The notes beneath the pieces were generated by a model. The model did not search any database, was not told the DNA's origin, and saw nothing but the letters and a program-made list of their open reading frames with translations. A program made the position numbers and the translations under genes. From an uncultured Ruficoccus sp. (GTDB lineage Bacteria > Verrucomicrobiota > Verrucomicrobiia > Opitutales > Cerasicoccaceae): a DNA stretch of 64,000 nucleotides. Below, one piece after another: positions 32,862 to 42,365 of this stretch (position 1 is its first letter; every line of letters begins with the position of its first letter). The stretch covers positions 192,001-256,000 of the forward strand of contig OZ223510.1 of the NCBI GenBank assembly GCA_965140785.1, given 5' to 3'.

Positions 32862-35510
32862 GTGTTAGTGCGTTTGAGTGGGAGGGTCTTCCGTTGTCTC
32901 CAGCCAGTATTTTGGCTGGGGCTGTTGTTGGCGGGCACAAGCCTGTCCGGGCAGACGGCTGAGCCGCCCGCTGAATCGGTCCCGTTGCTGACGGATAAGA
33001 CACCGCAAGCGGTGAGTCCGGAGACCACTCACCTCATCGCGACCGGAGACGACGCCCTGCGGGCCGGACTGCCGACGCTGGCTGAGCGCTTTTATCTGCG
33101 GGCGCTGTCGGACACGACACTCAACGAGGACTTGCGGCTGGATCTGAACCTGAAGCTTTCGGTCGCCCTGATCAGCCAACGCAAACTGGTGGCCGCTCAG
33201 CGCCTGCTTGACGCACTTCCCGAGGCGAATGATCCGCGCGAACGCCTGAGCCGGGCTCTCCTGGCTTACCACAGCGGTGACCTGGCGGCAGTGAAAAGCT
33301 ACCTCAAGGACGTTTCGCCCCAAAAACTCTCTCCCGAATACCTGCCGTGGTATTACCTGCTGCAAGGACTCTGGGAGCGCTCGGAGGGAACGCTGGCCAA
33401 GGCCGAATCGTATTTCAAACAGGCCCTCAGCAAGGCGGTCACCGCCACCCAGCGGGCGGACTTTGAGGCTGAGATTTTCCGCAGCCAGATCATTGCGGGA
33501 CAAGCCGACGAGGAGACGGCCAAGCTGCTTCAGAAAAAAGTCGAGGAAACGCGGGGCACGCGGGTGGGCTTCGGCTTTGCTCGCCAGTATGCCATCGTGC
33601 TGGATTTGCTCGGGCACAAAACCCAGGCCATCGAAGTCCTGCAGGACCAGCTCAAGCTTTTAACCGACCAGGAAAAGCCCGAGCAGACGGAAATCCTGCT
33701 CCTGATCGCCCTGATCTCGGGTGAGGACACCCAGCGTGGCCAGCTCGCCCTGGAGGAAATCCTCCGCAACGCCGCGGACAAGGATTCCGCTGCGGTGGCG
33801 CTGAACATGCTCAGCCGCTCACGTCTGGCTGAGACCAAGCCGGAAGAGTTCCGTCAACTGCTGGACGAACTGATCGCCCAGCCCAATCACCCGCTCAACG
33901 ACGAGCTATTGCTGCTGCGGGCTCGGTTCATGCTCAACAAGGCCAGCCCCGATCCAGACTTGGCCGTGCGTGACGCCGAGGAGTTAATCGAGCGCTACCC
34001 GGGCTCGCCCTTGCGCATCGACGCCACCCGCTTGCTCGCTTTTCAAGCCTGGAATGCCGATCCGCCACGCTACCGCATGGCGGCGGATTACCTTAACCAG
34101 ATCCGCGAGGCGCTGCCGCCGGGCCGCGAGCACCGCTATTACGGGCGTTTGGTGGCGGACAGCTTTTTCCTCAATGGCGATTACCAGGCGGCGGCAGAAG
34201 TTTATGAGGCGGTGTTGAACGAGGAGCCCTCCCCGGCAGAACGGGGCGACCTGCTGCTTCAACTGGTGGAGTCTCTGGTGCGGGAAAAGCATTACGAGGA
34301 GGCAGGCCGGATGCTGGACGAGTCCTTCACCGTCAGCAGTTCATCGCCGGAACGCCGCTGGCAGGCTGAGTGGAGCCTGGCCACCTCGATGGCCCGCGCC
34401 GGCGAGGCTGAGGCCGCCCTCGAACGCCTGCGGACCATCCTCAGTCTGCCGACCAGCGACACCATGCCCGCCGCCTTGCGCCTTCGCCTCGGCTGGCTGG
34501 AAATCAAGCTGACCAGCGATCTGGGCATGTACGAATTGATCCCGGACATGACGGACGAACTGCTGGCCGAGGTCGGCGCGACGCCGGACAAGGACGTGCC
34601 GACCGACGACCGGGAGCTGATCGCGGCCAACGCGCTCTTTCTACGCGGGCGGGCGCTCCTGCGTCTGGGCCGCAATGAGCAGGCCTTCGCCACCTTCGCC
34701 AGCTTGCGGGAGAAATTTCCTACCAGCGATGCCGCCGTGCTGTCTTATTTGGAAGAAGCCCGCTACTTCGTGGCACAGGGCATTTATAATGAGGCGCAGT
34801 TAAGCTACCGCAAGATCGCCGACGACTACCCGGATACGCCGCAGGCCGCGATTGCGCTCTACGAGGGGGCCATGGCGGCGGAAAGCCAGGGGCAGCCGCG
34901 CAACCTGACCGAGGCGCTCAAGTACCTGGAGGAGCTGGCCACCAAGTACCCCAACCACGAGTTGGTCTTCCCGGCGCGTATCCGGCAGGGCGACATTTTG
35001 CGCAAGCTGGACGAATTCAGCCTGGCCCAGCAGACCTACGAGAACCTGATCCAGCAGTTCAATGGCAAGCGCAGTGACGTTTACCTGGTCGAACTGTACC
35101 GGGCCAACACGCTCATGGCCCAGGCCGGGGGCGATCCCCAGCGACTCGTCGCCGTGGCCGCTGATCTGGAAAACCTTTTCGACCGGCCCGACGCGCCGCT
35201 TGATTTTCGCTTGGAGGCGGGCTTTGCCTGGGCTCACTGCCTGCGCGAGGCGGGCAACCGCGACTCAGCCGAGGAAGCCCTGTGGCAGATGGTTGCACTG
35301 GCCGCTCCGGATGGGCAAGTCGATCCCGATTTGTCGCCGTCGGGACGGGTCTGGCTGGCCAAGGCGTTGCTGCGGCTGGCCGACATGCTGGCCGCCGACG
35401 GCAAGACCCGCGAATCCATCCAGTCACTGGAAATCATCCAGCGCAACCGCCTGCCCGGCTGGCACCTGGCGCAATCGCGCCTGAACAAAGAAGGCCTCAC
35501 CGGTGATTGA
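32862..35510 (+). CDS. Large periplasmic tetratricopeptide-repeat protein
   Basis: N-terminal signal/TM segment; repeated helical A..L...YP.S patterns over 882 aa. GTG start uncertain. Confidence 0.8.
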   Translation: MLVRLSGRVFRCLQPVFWLGLLLAGTSLSGQTAEPPAESVPLLTDKTPQAVSPETTHLIATGDDALRAGLPTLAERFYLRALSDTTLNEDLRLDLNLKLSVALISQRKLVAAQRLLDALPEANDPRERLSRALLAYHSGDLAAVKSYLKDVSPQKLSPEYLPWYYLLQGLWERSEGTLAKAESYFKQALSKAVTATQRADFEAEIFRSQIIAGQADEETAKLLQKKVEETRGTRVGFGFARQYAIVLDLLGHKTQAIEVLQDQLKLLTDQEKPEQTEILLLIALISGEDTQRGQLALEEILRNAADKDSAAVALNMLSRSRLAETKPEEFRQLLDELIAQPNHPLNDELLLLRARFMLNKASPDPDLAVRDAEELIERYPGSPLRIDATRLLAFQAWNADPPRYRMAADYLNQIREALPPGREHRYYGRLVADSFFLNGDYQAAAEVYEAVLNEEPSPAERGDLLLQLVESLVREKHYEEAGRMLDESFTVSSSSPERRWQAEWSLATSMARAGEAEAALERLRTILSLPTSDTMPAALRLRLGWLEIKLTSDLGMYELIPDMTDELLAEVGATPDKDVPTDDRELIAANALFLRGRALLRLGRNEQAFATFASLREKFPTSDAAVLSYLEEARYFVAQGIYNEAQLSYRKIADDYPDTPQAAIALYEGAMAAESQGQPRNLTEALKYLEELATKYPNHELVFPARIRQGDILRKLDEFSLAQQTYENLIQQFNGKRSDVYLVELYRANTLMAQAGGDPQRLVAVAADLENLFDRPDAPLDFRLEAGFAWAHCLREAGNRDSAEEALWQMVALAAPDGQVDPDLSPSGRVWLAKALLRLADMLAADGKTRESIQSLEIIQRNRLPGWHLAQSRLNKEGLTGD

Positions 35511-35563
35511 GTCTAGGCTTTACCGGCTGCCGGCTCCCCCTTTAACTGCTTGTTTTCAACCTC

Positions 35564-36223
35564 ATGGGCATTTTTGACTTTTCACTGATCGAACGCGGCG
35601 GCCCGCTGATGTGGCCTCTGCTGGTGCTGAGCCTGATCGGGTTTGTTTTCTTCGTCGAGCGCACCCTCTATCTGCACAAGGGGCAGATCCGCACCAACAC
35701 GTTCGTGGACGGGATCAAGAACCTCGTGCGCAAGCGCCGTCTGCTGGAGGCCCTGACTGTATGCGAGGAGACGCCCGGCCCTGTGGCCAGTGTGGTCAAG
35801 GCCGCGCTGCTCAACCACGACAAGTCCGAGGAAAAGATGCGCGGGGCGATCCGCGACGCCGCCCTGGTGGAGATTCCCACGCTTGAGCGCCGGGTCGGGA
35901 CCATCGCCGCCATTGCCAAGGTTTCTCCGATGGTGGGACTGCTGGGGACGATCGTAGCCCTGCTCAACGCCTTTGTCCTGATGCAGGAAAAGGGCCCCTA
36001 CGCCAACGCGGCCACCTTCTCCGGGGATGTGGCGCAGGCTCTCATCACCACGGCGACCGGTCTGGCCATCGCCATCATGGCCTACCTCGCGCACCACTTC
36101 CTGCATGGCCGTGTCCGTGCACTGGTCCACGACATGGAGTGGGTCGGCAACGACATTATCCAGTTTCTCAACCGGGACGTACCGGAGGAAGACGAGGACG
36201 GCGAAATTACTCAGAAGGAGTAA
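35564..36223 (+). CDS. MotA/TolQ/ExbB proton-channel protein
   Basis: GGPLMWPL, SPMVGLLGT, ALITTATGLAIAI. Confidence 0.92.
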   Translation: MGIFDFSLIERGGPLMWPLLVLSLIGFVFFVERTLYLHKGQIRTNTFVDGIKNLVRKRRLLEALTVCEETPGPVASVVKAALLNHDKSEEKMRGAIRDAALVEIPTLERRVGTIAAIAKVSPMVGLLGTIVALLNAFVLMQEKGPYANAATFSGDVAQALITTATGLAIAIMAYLAHHFLHGRVRALVHDMEWVGNDIIQFLNRDVPEEDEDGEITQKE

Positions 36224-36226
36224 TTT

Positions 36227-36337
36227 GAATGGCTAATCGTTGATTGTAAAATGGTTACGTATAAAATAAATAACCTATATCCACTCGAGCTTCCCATCGA
36301 CACGCAGCCATTTAGCCATTTAACCCTTTAACCATTT
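36227..36337. repeat. Inverted arrays of 7-8-mers around an AT-rich spacer
   Basis: Left GAATGGCT AATCGTT GATTGTA AAATGGTT (36227-36256); right AGCCATTT AGCCATTT AACCCTTT AACCATTT (36306-36337). Confidence 0.7.
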
Positions 36338-36345
36338 CTTCCCCC

Positions 36346-36828
36346 ATGTCCCTGACCCGTCCGCTCGAACTCGAACGCCACCTGACCGCACCGGAGCGCC
36401 GGCTCGACGTGGCGCCGCTGTTCGATGTGCTGCTGATCTGCGTCATGTTCATGCTGCTGGGCTCGCGCTTCGTCTCAGCCCCCGGCGAAACGATTAAACT
36501 CCCGTCCCTGGATACCGCCTCTCCGGCCGGGGTGGCGACGGTCGCTGTTCTCACCTACAAGAGCGACGAGATGATGATCCTGGACGGGCGCGTCATCACG
36601 TTGGAGGGCTGGAAACGCCTGATCCAGCGCGACGGCGGCACCGGCAAGGGTGTCTTGCTGGTCAAGGCCGACGCGGAACTGCCGCTGCAAACTTTGCTCA
36701 AACTGGCCGAACTGGCACGTCAAGGGGGCTACAGCGCCCTGCAAATCGCGGCCAATGGCTCCGGGACGGAAACCCTATGGGAAGAAGGGCAGGGTGTGCC
36801 GGAGCCCTTCGAAGGGCTCAACCCATGA
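36346..36828 (+). CDS. ExbD/TolR-family protein
   Basis: TM with conserved Asp (APLFDVLLICVMFML), IKLPS, LLVKAD; follows the exbB-like gene. Confidence 0.88.
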   Translation: MSLTRPLELERHLTAPERRLDVAPLFDVLLICVMFMLLGSRFVSAPGETIKLPSLDTASPAGVATVAVLTYKSDEMMILDGRVITLEGWKRLIQRDGGTGKGVLLVKADAELPLQTLLKLAELARQGGYSALQIAANGSGTETLWEEGQGVPEPFEGLNP

Positions 36829-37583
36829 GCGCGCGCGGCAGTTATCTGCACCGGCTACAGCGCTGGTGGCATTCGCCGCTGGCGCGCGTGGCGCTGGTCC
36901 TGGGGATCGGGGTTCACCTGGCGGGGTTTTTGCTGTTCCGGGTGGTCAGCGATCCGGTCTGCGCGGAGGAGGCGCCACGGCCCTTCATCGTCTGGAGCGG
37001 CCCCGAGGAGGGGAGCGGGAACATCGTCCGACGCGAGCAGTCGCTCTTGCTGGATTCCGAGGCTCTCTTTTTGCCCACCCCTCTGAATGCCCGCGGCGAC
37101 AACAATTCGCAGCGCCTGCTTTCGCCCGGCGCGGCCCTGCTGGAGACCAATACGCCCCTGCCGGTGACGGAAAGCCTCGCCTGGGCCGAGCGCGCCGAAA
37201 ATGAGCGCACCGAGCCACTGAGTTTTAAAGAACTGCTGGTCAGCTATGCCCGCGACAGCGTGACCACCTACGGGCAGGCCGGGCTTCCCGAGCCAGTGGA
37301 AGCCTCGGAGACCGTCCGGGTCGAGGTGCGCGACGCCACCACCGGGCGTTCCCTGGGGGAATACAGCCTGGAAACGGGCGAGGCCGTGCTGCCCGTCCCG
37401 ACGGAACCGGAACCGCTTGAGTACATGCTTTACCGGGCCGGAGCCGGGAATATCGGCTCACTGCTGCCCCTGACGCCCGCCGCCGGCGGGGACGCCGGTA
37501 AGGCCTGGGCCCGCGAGATTGAACGCGCCGGCTGGGAGAGTTCGCTTCCCCAGGGCTATTACCGGATCATTGTCAGCCCGTAG
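36825..37583 (+). CDS. Membrane-anchored hypothetical protein, positional TonB/TolA-like candidate
   Basis: ATGA overlap with exbD; single N-terminal TM containing His (LGIGVHLAGFLLF); Pro-rich periplasmic part. Confidence 0.6.
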   Translation: MSARGSYLHRLQRWWHSPLARVALVLGIGVHLAGFLLFRVVSDPVCAEEAPRPFIVWSGPEEGSGNIVRREQSLLLDSEALFLPTPLNARGDNNSQRLLSPGAALLETNTPLPVTESLAWAERAENERTEPLSFKELLVSYARDSVTTYGQAGLPEPVEASETVRVEVRDATTGRSLGEYSLETGEAVLPVPTEPEPLEYMLYRAGAGNIGSLLPLTPAAGGDAGKAWAREIERAGWESSLPQGYYRIIVSP

Positions 37584-37624
37584 CGGTCTGAATGGCCATG
37601 CATCCGATTCACACCGACCCGGAG

Positions 37625-37652
37625 TTGACATCCGCGACGGCAAACCTTTCCT
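37625..37652 (+). promoter_or_regulatory. Possible promoter for a near-leaderless lolC/E transcript
   Basis: TTGACA, 16-bp spacer, TTTCCT, then ATG 6 bp later; the -10 match is poor. Confidence 0.3.
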
Positions 37653-37658
37653 GAGCCC

Positions 37659-38880
37659 ATGCCCTGGTATCTGTATCTCGCGCTCAAGCAGCTCTTTCCC
37701 TCCGGGCGGCTGGTGTCGCTGTTCTGCGTCGTTTCCGTCATCGGCGTCATGCTGGGCGTGGCCGTGCTACTGATCGTCCAAAGCGTCATGAACGGCTTCG
37801 GCAAGGAAATCCGCGACAAGCTGGCCGATACCGACGGGCATGTGCGCATCCAGGGGGCCGGCATTATCTACCAGACCTGGCCGCTGATCGACATGGCCGA
37901 GCAAATCGAAGGAGTCGAGGCCATCTCCCCCTACGCCGAGGGCATGGTCATGATGATGCACCGCAATATCCCGGCCTTTCCCTTTGTGCGCGGGGTGGAT
38001 GTCTTCGAGGAGGAGCCGATCATTCCTTTCGACCAGTACCTGCGTTCGGGTAAATTCGAAGATCTCGACGACGAGACGGTCTTTCTCAGCGGCGGACTGG
38101 CCGCCTCCATCGGCGCCTATGTGGGCTCGACCGTGGAAGTGTACTCGCCGCTCATGCTCGAAAAACTCAAGCACGACGAGGTGCTGCTGCCGCGCGAACT
38201 GGAAGTGGCGGGGATCTTCGAAACCGGCTACAACCAGATCGACGCCAACACCATGATCGTGACTCTGCGGCTGATGCAGGAGCTTTACGGCCTCGGCAAC
38301 GGCGCCCACGGCGTCTCCCTGCGCCTGAAGGACCGCAACCAGGCCGGGGCCGTGGCCCAGCAGCTCAACGACCAACTGGAGCCGCCGTACCGGGCGAGCA
38401 CCTGGCTCGACCGCAATAGCGACATGCTCTCCGTCCTCGTTCTGGAAAAGACGGTCATGTCGTTTATCATCCTCTTTATCGTGCTGGTGGCGGCCTTCTC
38501 CATCGCCAGTTCGCTCTACACGGCGGTTGTCCGTAAAACCCGCGAAATCGGCCTGCTCGGGGCCATGGGGGCGCGTTCGCGCCAGACGGCGGCGATTTTC
38601 TGCCTTCAGGGGCTGATCATCGGGGCGGTCGGCTCGCTCCTCGGGGTGGGCTTCGCGTTGTTAGCGCTCCACTACCGGGTGGACATTATCAATGCCATCA
38701 CCTCGGCCACGAACAGCCAGGACATCATGCTGAAGTTCTACAAGTTCCGCGAACCGCCCGTCCACTACGAGACGCTGGACTTTGTGCTGACCGTGGCCTT
38801 TGCCCTTTTGGTTTCCACCCTGGCCGGGCTGATTCCCGCCTGGTTCGCCGCCCGCCTAAAACCCGCCGACGCCCTTCGCA

Positions 38881-38888
<8 letters not shown>
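37659..38888 (+). CDS. Lipoprotein-releasing ABC transporter permease (LolC/E family)
   Basis: GVMLGVAVLLIVQSVMNGF, KTREIGLLGAMG, PAWFAARLKPADALRNE. Confidence 0.92.
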
Positions 38889-39561
<673 letters not shown>

Positions 39562-39574
39562 TTTAATCTTATTT

Positions 39575-40022
39575 ATCTCATACAGAGGCACAGGGGCACA
39601 GAGATGAGAGAGAACGAGATTGGAGACAGGGTTATTCATACCGCGATTGAGTTACACCGGGATCTTGGACCTGGGCTGTTTGAGTCCGTCTATGAGTCCA
39701 TCCTTGCCCATCTACTAGAAGAACAAGGACTTTGTGTTCAACGGCAGGTTGCCATCCCGGTCATTTTTCGCGGGTTGCGTTTTGAAGAAGGTTTCGTGCA
39801 GACCTGATTGTCGAAAATAAAGTCATTCTTGAATTAAAATCAGTCGAAGCGATCACACGTGCCCATAATAAACAATTACTGACCTATTTGAAGCTTACCG
39901 GGTTGAAACTTGGTTACATCCTTAATTTCGGAGAAGAATTGATGAAAACCGGTGTCAGCCGAGTTATCAACGGACAGCTTTATTCTTGATCATCTCCGTG
40001 CCTCCGTGCCTCCGTGTGAGAT
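39575..40022. mobile_element. Putative GxxExxY cassette bounded by 33-bp inverted arms built of 8-mer (GCACGGAG-like) repeats
   Basis: Left ATCTCATACAGAGGCACAGGGGCACAGAGATGA (39575-39607) matches the reverse complement of 39990-40022 (ATCTCACACGGAGGCACGGAGGCACGGAGATGA) at 28/33. The interior is visibly AT-richer than the flanking genes. Confidence 0.65.
39604..39989 (+). pseudogene. GxxExxY protein (PD-(D/E)XK nuclease-like), one-base deletion near 39792-39795
   Basis: GPGLFESVYE. Restoring one base gives ...FEEGFRADLIVENKVILELKSVE...KQLLTYLKLTGLKLGYILNFGE...INGQLYS* (128 aa). Confidence 0.9.
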
Positions 40023-40077
40023 CCCTCTTAAAAAAGACATTCCCAAAACGCCTCCGGGCCGCTAAGTTCATTCGCTT

Positions 40078-41022
40078 ATGGCAGACAAGACCCCTTTGCG
40101 TTGCGGGGTGGCCGGGGTCGGGTACCTCGGGCAGCACCACGCGCGAATTTACCATCAGCTCGACGGCTGCGAACTGGCCGGCGTGTACGACGCCGACCCC
40201 AAGCGCGCCCGTGAAATCGCCAAGCAGCACGGCGGGGCGCACGTGTGTGAAACCCTGGAAGAGTTGGGCGAGCGCTGTGAGGCCGTCAGCGTGGCCGTGC
40301 CGACCGACCGCCACACCGAGGTCGCACTGCCGCTGCTGGGGCAGGGCTGCCACCTGCTGATCGAGAAGCCCATCTGCCCCACACTGGAGGAGGCCGAACG
40401 GATCACCGAGGCGGCCACCTCGCGCGGCTTGCTGGTGCAGGTCGGCCACATCGAGCACTACAACCCGGTCATGGCCTTTCTGGAAAAACACGTCAAAGAC
40501 CCGCGCTTCATCACGGCGGACCGGCTAGCGGAGTTCAAGATCCGGGGCGTGGAGGTCAGCGTGGTGCTCGACCTGATGATCCACGACATCGGCGTCATCC
40601 TGCAACTGGTCAAGTCGCCGCTGATGCGGGTGGACTCGGTCGGGGTCAATGTGCTGACCAAGAGCGAGGACATCGCCAACGCCCGCCTGACCTTCGAGAA
40701 CGGCTGCGTGGCCAACATCAACACCAGCCGCGTCAGCCGCAAGCCGGTGCGCGAAATCCGCGTCTTCCAGCCCAACGCCTACCTCTCGCTCAATTTCGCT
40801 GAGCAGAAAGGCCACCTCATCCGCAAAGGCAAGCTCGGCCTGAGCAAGAAGAACATCCCGATCGAAAAGGGCGAACCGCTCCTGCTCGAGCTGGCCTCCT
40901 TCACCGACGCCGTGCGCAAACACACCGCCCCGAAGGTGGACGCCGCTCTCGGCCGCAGCGCTCTGGAGGTCGCCTTGAAAATCACCCAGCAAATCCGCGA
41001 GGCCAACGAACTGCGCGGGTAA
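40078..41022 (+). CDS. Gfo/Idh/MocA oxidoreductase, probable UDP-GlcNAc 3-dehydrogenase (GnnA-like)
   Basis: GVGYLGQHHAR, LIEKP, VGHIEHYNP, VVLDLMIHD; directly upstream of lpxB. Confidence 0.8.
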   Translation: MADKTPLRCGVAGVGYLGQHHARIYHQLDGCELAGVYDADPKRAREIAKQHGGAHVCETLEELGERCEAVSVAVPTDRHTEVALPLLGQGCHLLIEKPICPTLEEAERITEAATSRGLLVQVGHIEHYNPVMAFLEKHVKDPRFITADRLAEFKIRGVEVSVVLDLMIHDIGVILQLVKSPLMRVDSVGVNVLTKSEDIANARLTFENGCVANINTSRVSRKPVREIRVFQPNAYLSLNFAEQKGHLIRKGKLGLSKKNIPIEKGEPLLLELASFTDAVRKHTAPKVDAALGRSALEVALKITQQIREANELRG

Positions 41023-41036
41023 ACGGAATTCTTTTA

Positions 41037-41127
41037 TAACCGCCAAGGACGCAAAGAGCGCAAAGCCCCTCAGTGGGTTCTTCTCATCTCCGCCTTTTCT
41101 TCGCGTCCTTTGCGCTCTTTGCGGTTA
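41037..41127. repeat. Gene-less inverted tandem 9-mer element
   Basis: TAACCGCCAAGGACGCAAAGAGCGCAAAG, 33-bp spacer, CTTCGCGTCCTTTGCGCTCTTTGCGGTTA. Confidence 0.85.
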
Positions 41128-41140
41128 AAATATTGATTCG

Positions 41141-42322
41141 ATGAGTCTGCCAGCCCCCAGTACGCAACCCGACTTGCTCATCCTCGCCGGTGAGCACTCC
41201 GGCGATCAGCATGCGGCCCGCGTGCTGCGCGAGTTGCGGGCGGCGCAGCCGTCACTGAGTGTGTGCGCGATCGGCGGCGAGGAGTTGGAGAAGGCCGGGG
41301 CGCAGCTTTTGTTCGACCTGACACAGCACTCGGTGGTGGGCTTGTTCGAAGTTTTAAAGAACTACGGCTTTTTCAAAAACCTGTTTGAGCAGACGGTGGC
41401 GTGGATCAAAGAGCACCGCCCGCGCGCGGTCTGCTTTGTCGATTATCCGGGGTTCAACCTGCGGCTGGCCGAGCGTCTGCACAAGGAAGGGATCAGCGTC
41501 AAAGGCGGCGGCGATGTATCCATGCTCTACTACATCAGCCCGCAGATCTGGGCCTGGAAAGGGCACCGGCGCTTCAAGATGGCCAAGCTGCTCGACGCTC
41601 TGGCGGTGATTTTTCCGTTCGAGATCGAGTGCTATAAGGACACCGATCTGCCCGTGACCTATGTGGGGCACCCCTTTACCGCGGACGACTATGAGCTGCC
41701 GCTGCGCCATACCCCGGAGGGGCCGATTTTGCTACTGCCCGGCAGCCGCAAGACACCCGTGCGGCGGATATTTCCGCTCATGCTGCGGGCGTTGGAGCGG
41801 CGTTACCGGACGGGCGCACTGGCCGGGGAGGGGATGGGTTCGCCGGACGAGCGAGCCGTGGCGATTTACCCCGGCGAAGCTATCGCTGAGGTACTGGAGG
41901 CGGAACTGGCGGCCCTCCCGTCTTTAAAGAACCGCGTGAGCCTGGAGCCCGGCGGTGCGGTGGCCGAGGCGGCGGCGGTCTTGACCAGTTCGGGCACGAT
42001 GTCGCTCAACTGTGCCCTGGCGGGCATCCCGGGCGCGATTGTTTACCGGGCCAACCCGCTGACGTATTTCATCGGGCGGCGGCTGGTGAGCATCGACCGG
42101 CTGGGCATTGCCAATATTCTGCTCGAGCGCGACGTCTATCCCGAGTACCTGCAAGGAGCGGCTAGCCCGGAGGCGCTCAACCGAGAACTGGAAGTCTGCC
42201 TGCACGACTCGGCCCGCCTGACGATTACCCAGAAAGCCGCCGCCGAGTTGATCCACCTGCTCGGTGAAGAGCGTGAAATGTCTCCGGCGGACTGGCTGCT
42301 GAAGTTCCTTCCGAAAGCCTAG
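41141..42322 (+). CDS. lpxB: Lipid-A-disaccharide synthase
   Basis: AGEHSGD, VDYPGFNLRLA, YISPQIWAW, IFPFE, YVGHP, LLPGSR. Confidence 0.95.
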   Translation: MSLPAPSTQPDLLILAGEHSGDQHAARVLRELRAAQPSLSVCAIGGEELEKAGAQLLFDLTQHSVVGLFEVLKNYGFFKNLFEQTVAWIKEHRPRAVCFVDYPGFNLRLAERLHKEGISVKGGGDVSMLYYISPQIWAWKGHRRFKMAKLLDALAVIFPFEIECYKDTDLPVTYVGHPFTADDYELPLRHTPEGPILLLPGSRKTPVRRIFPLMLRALERRYRTGALAGEGMGSPDERAVAIYPGEAIAEVLEAELAALPSLKNRVSLEPGGAVAEAAAVLTSSGTMSLNCALAGIPGAIVYRANPLTYFIGRRLVSIDRLGIANILLERDVYPEYLQGAASPEALNRELEVCLHDSARLTITQKAAAELIHLLGEEREMSPADWLLKFLPKA

Positions 42323-42365
42323 GATACTTCGCTGCGAATAATTGGGGCTTGTCGGCTTACTCGAC

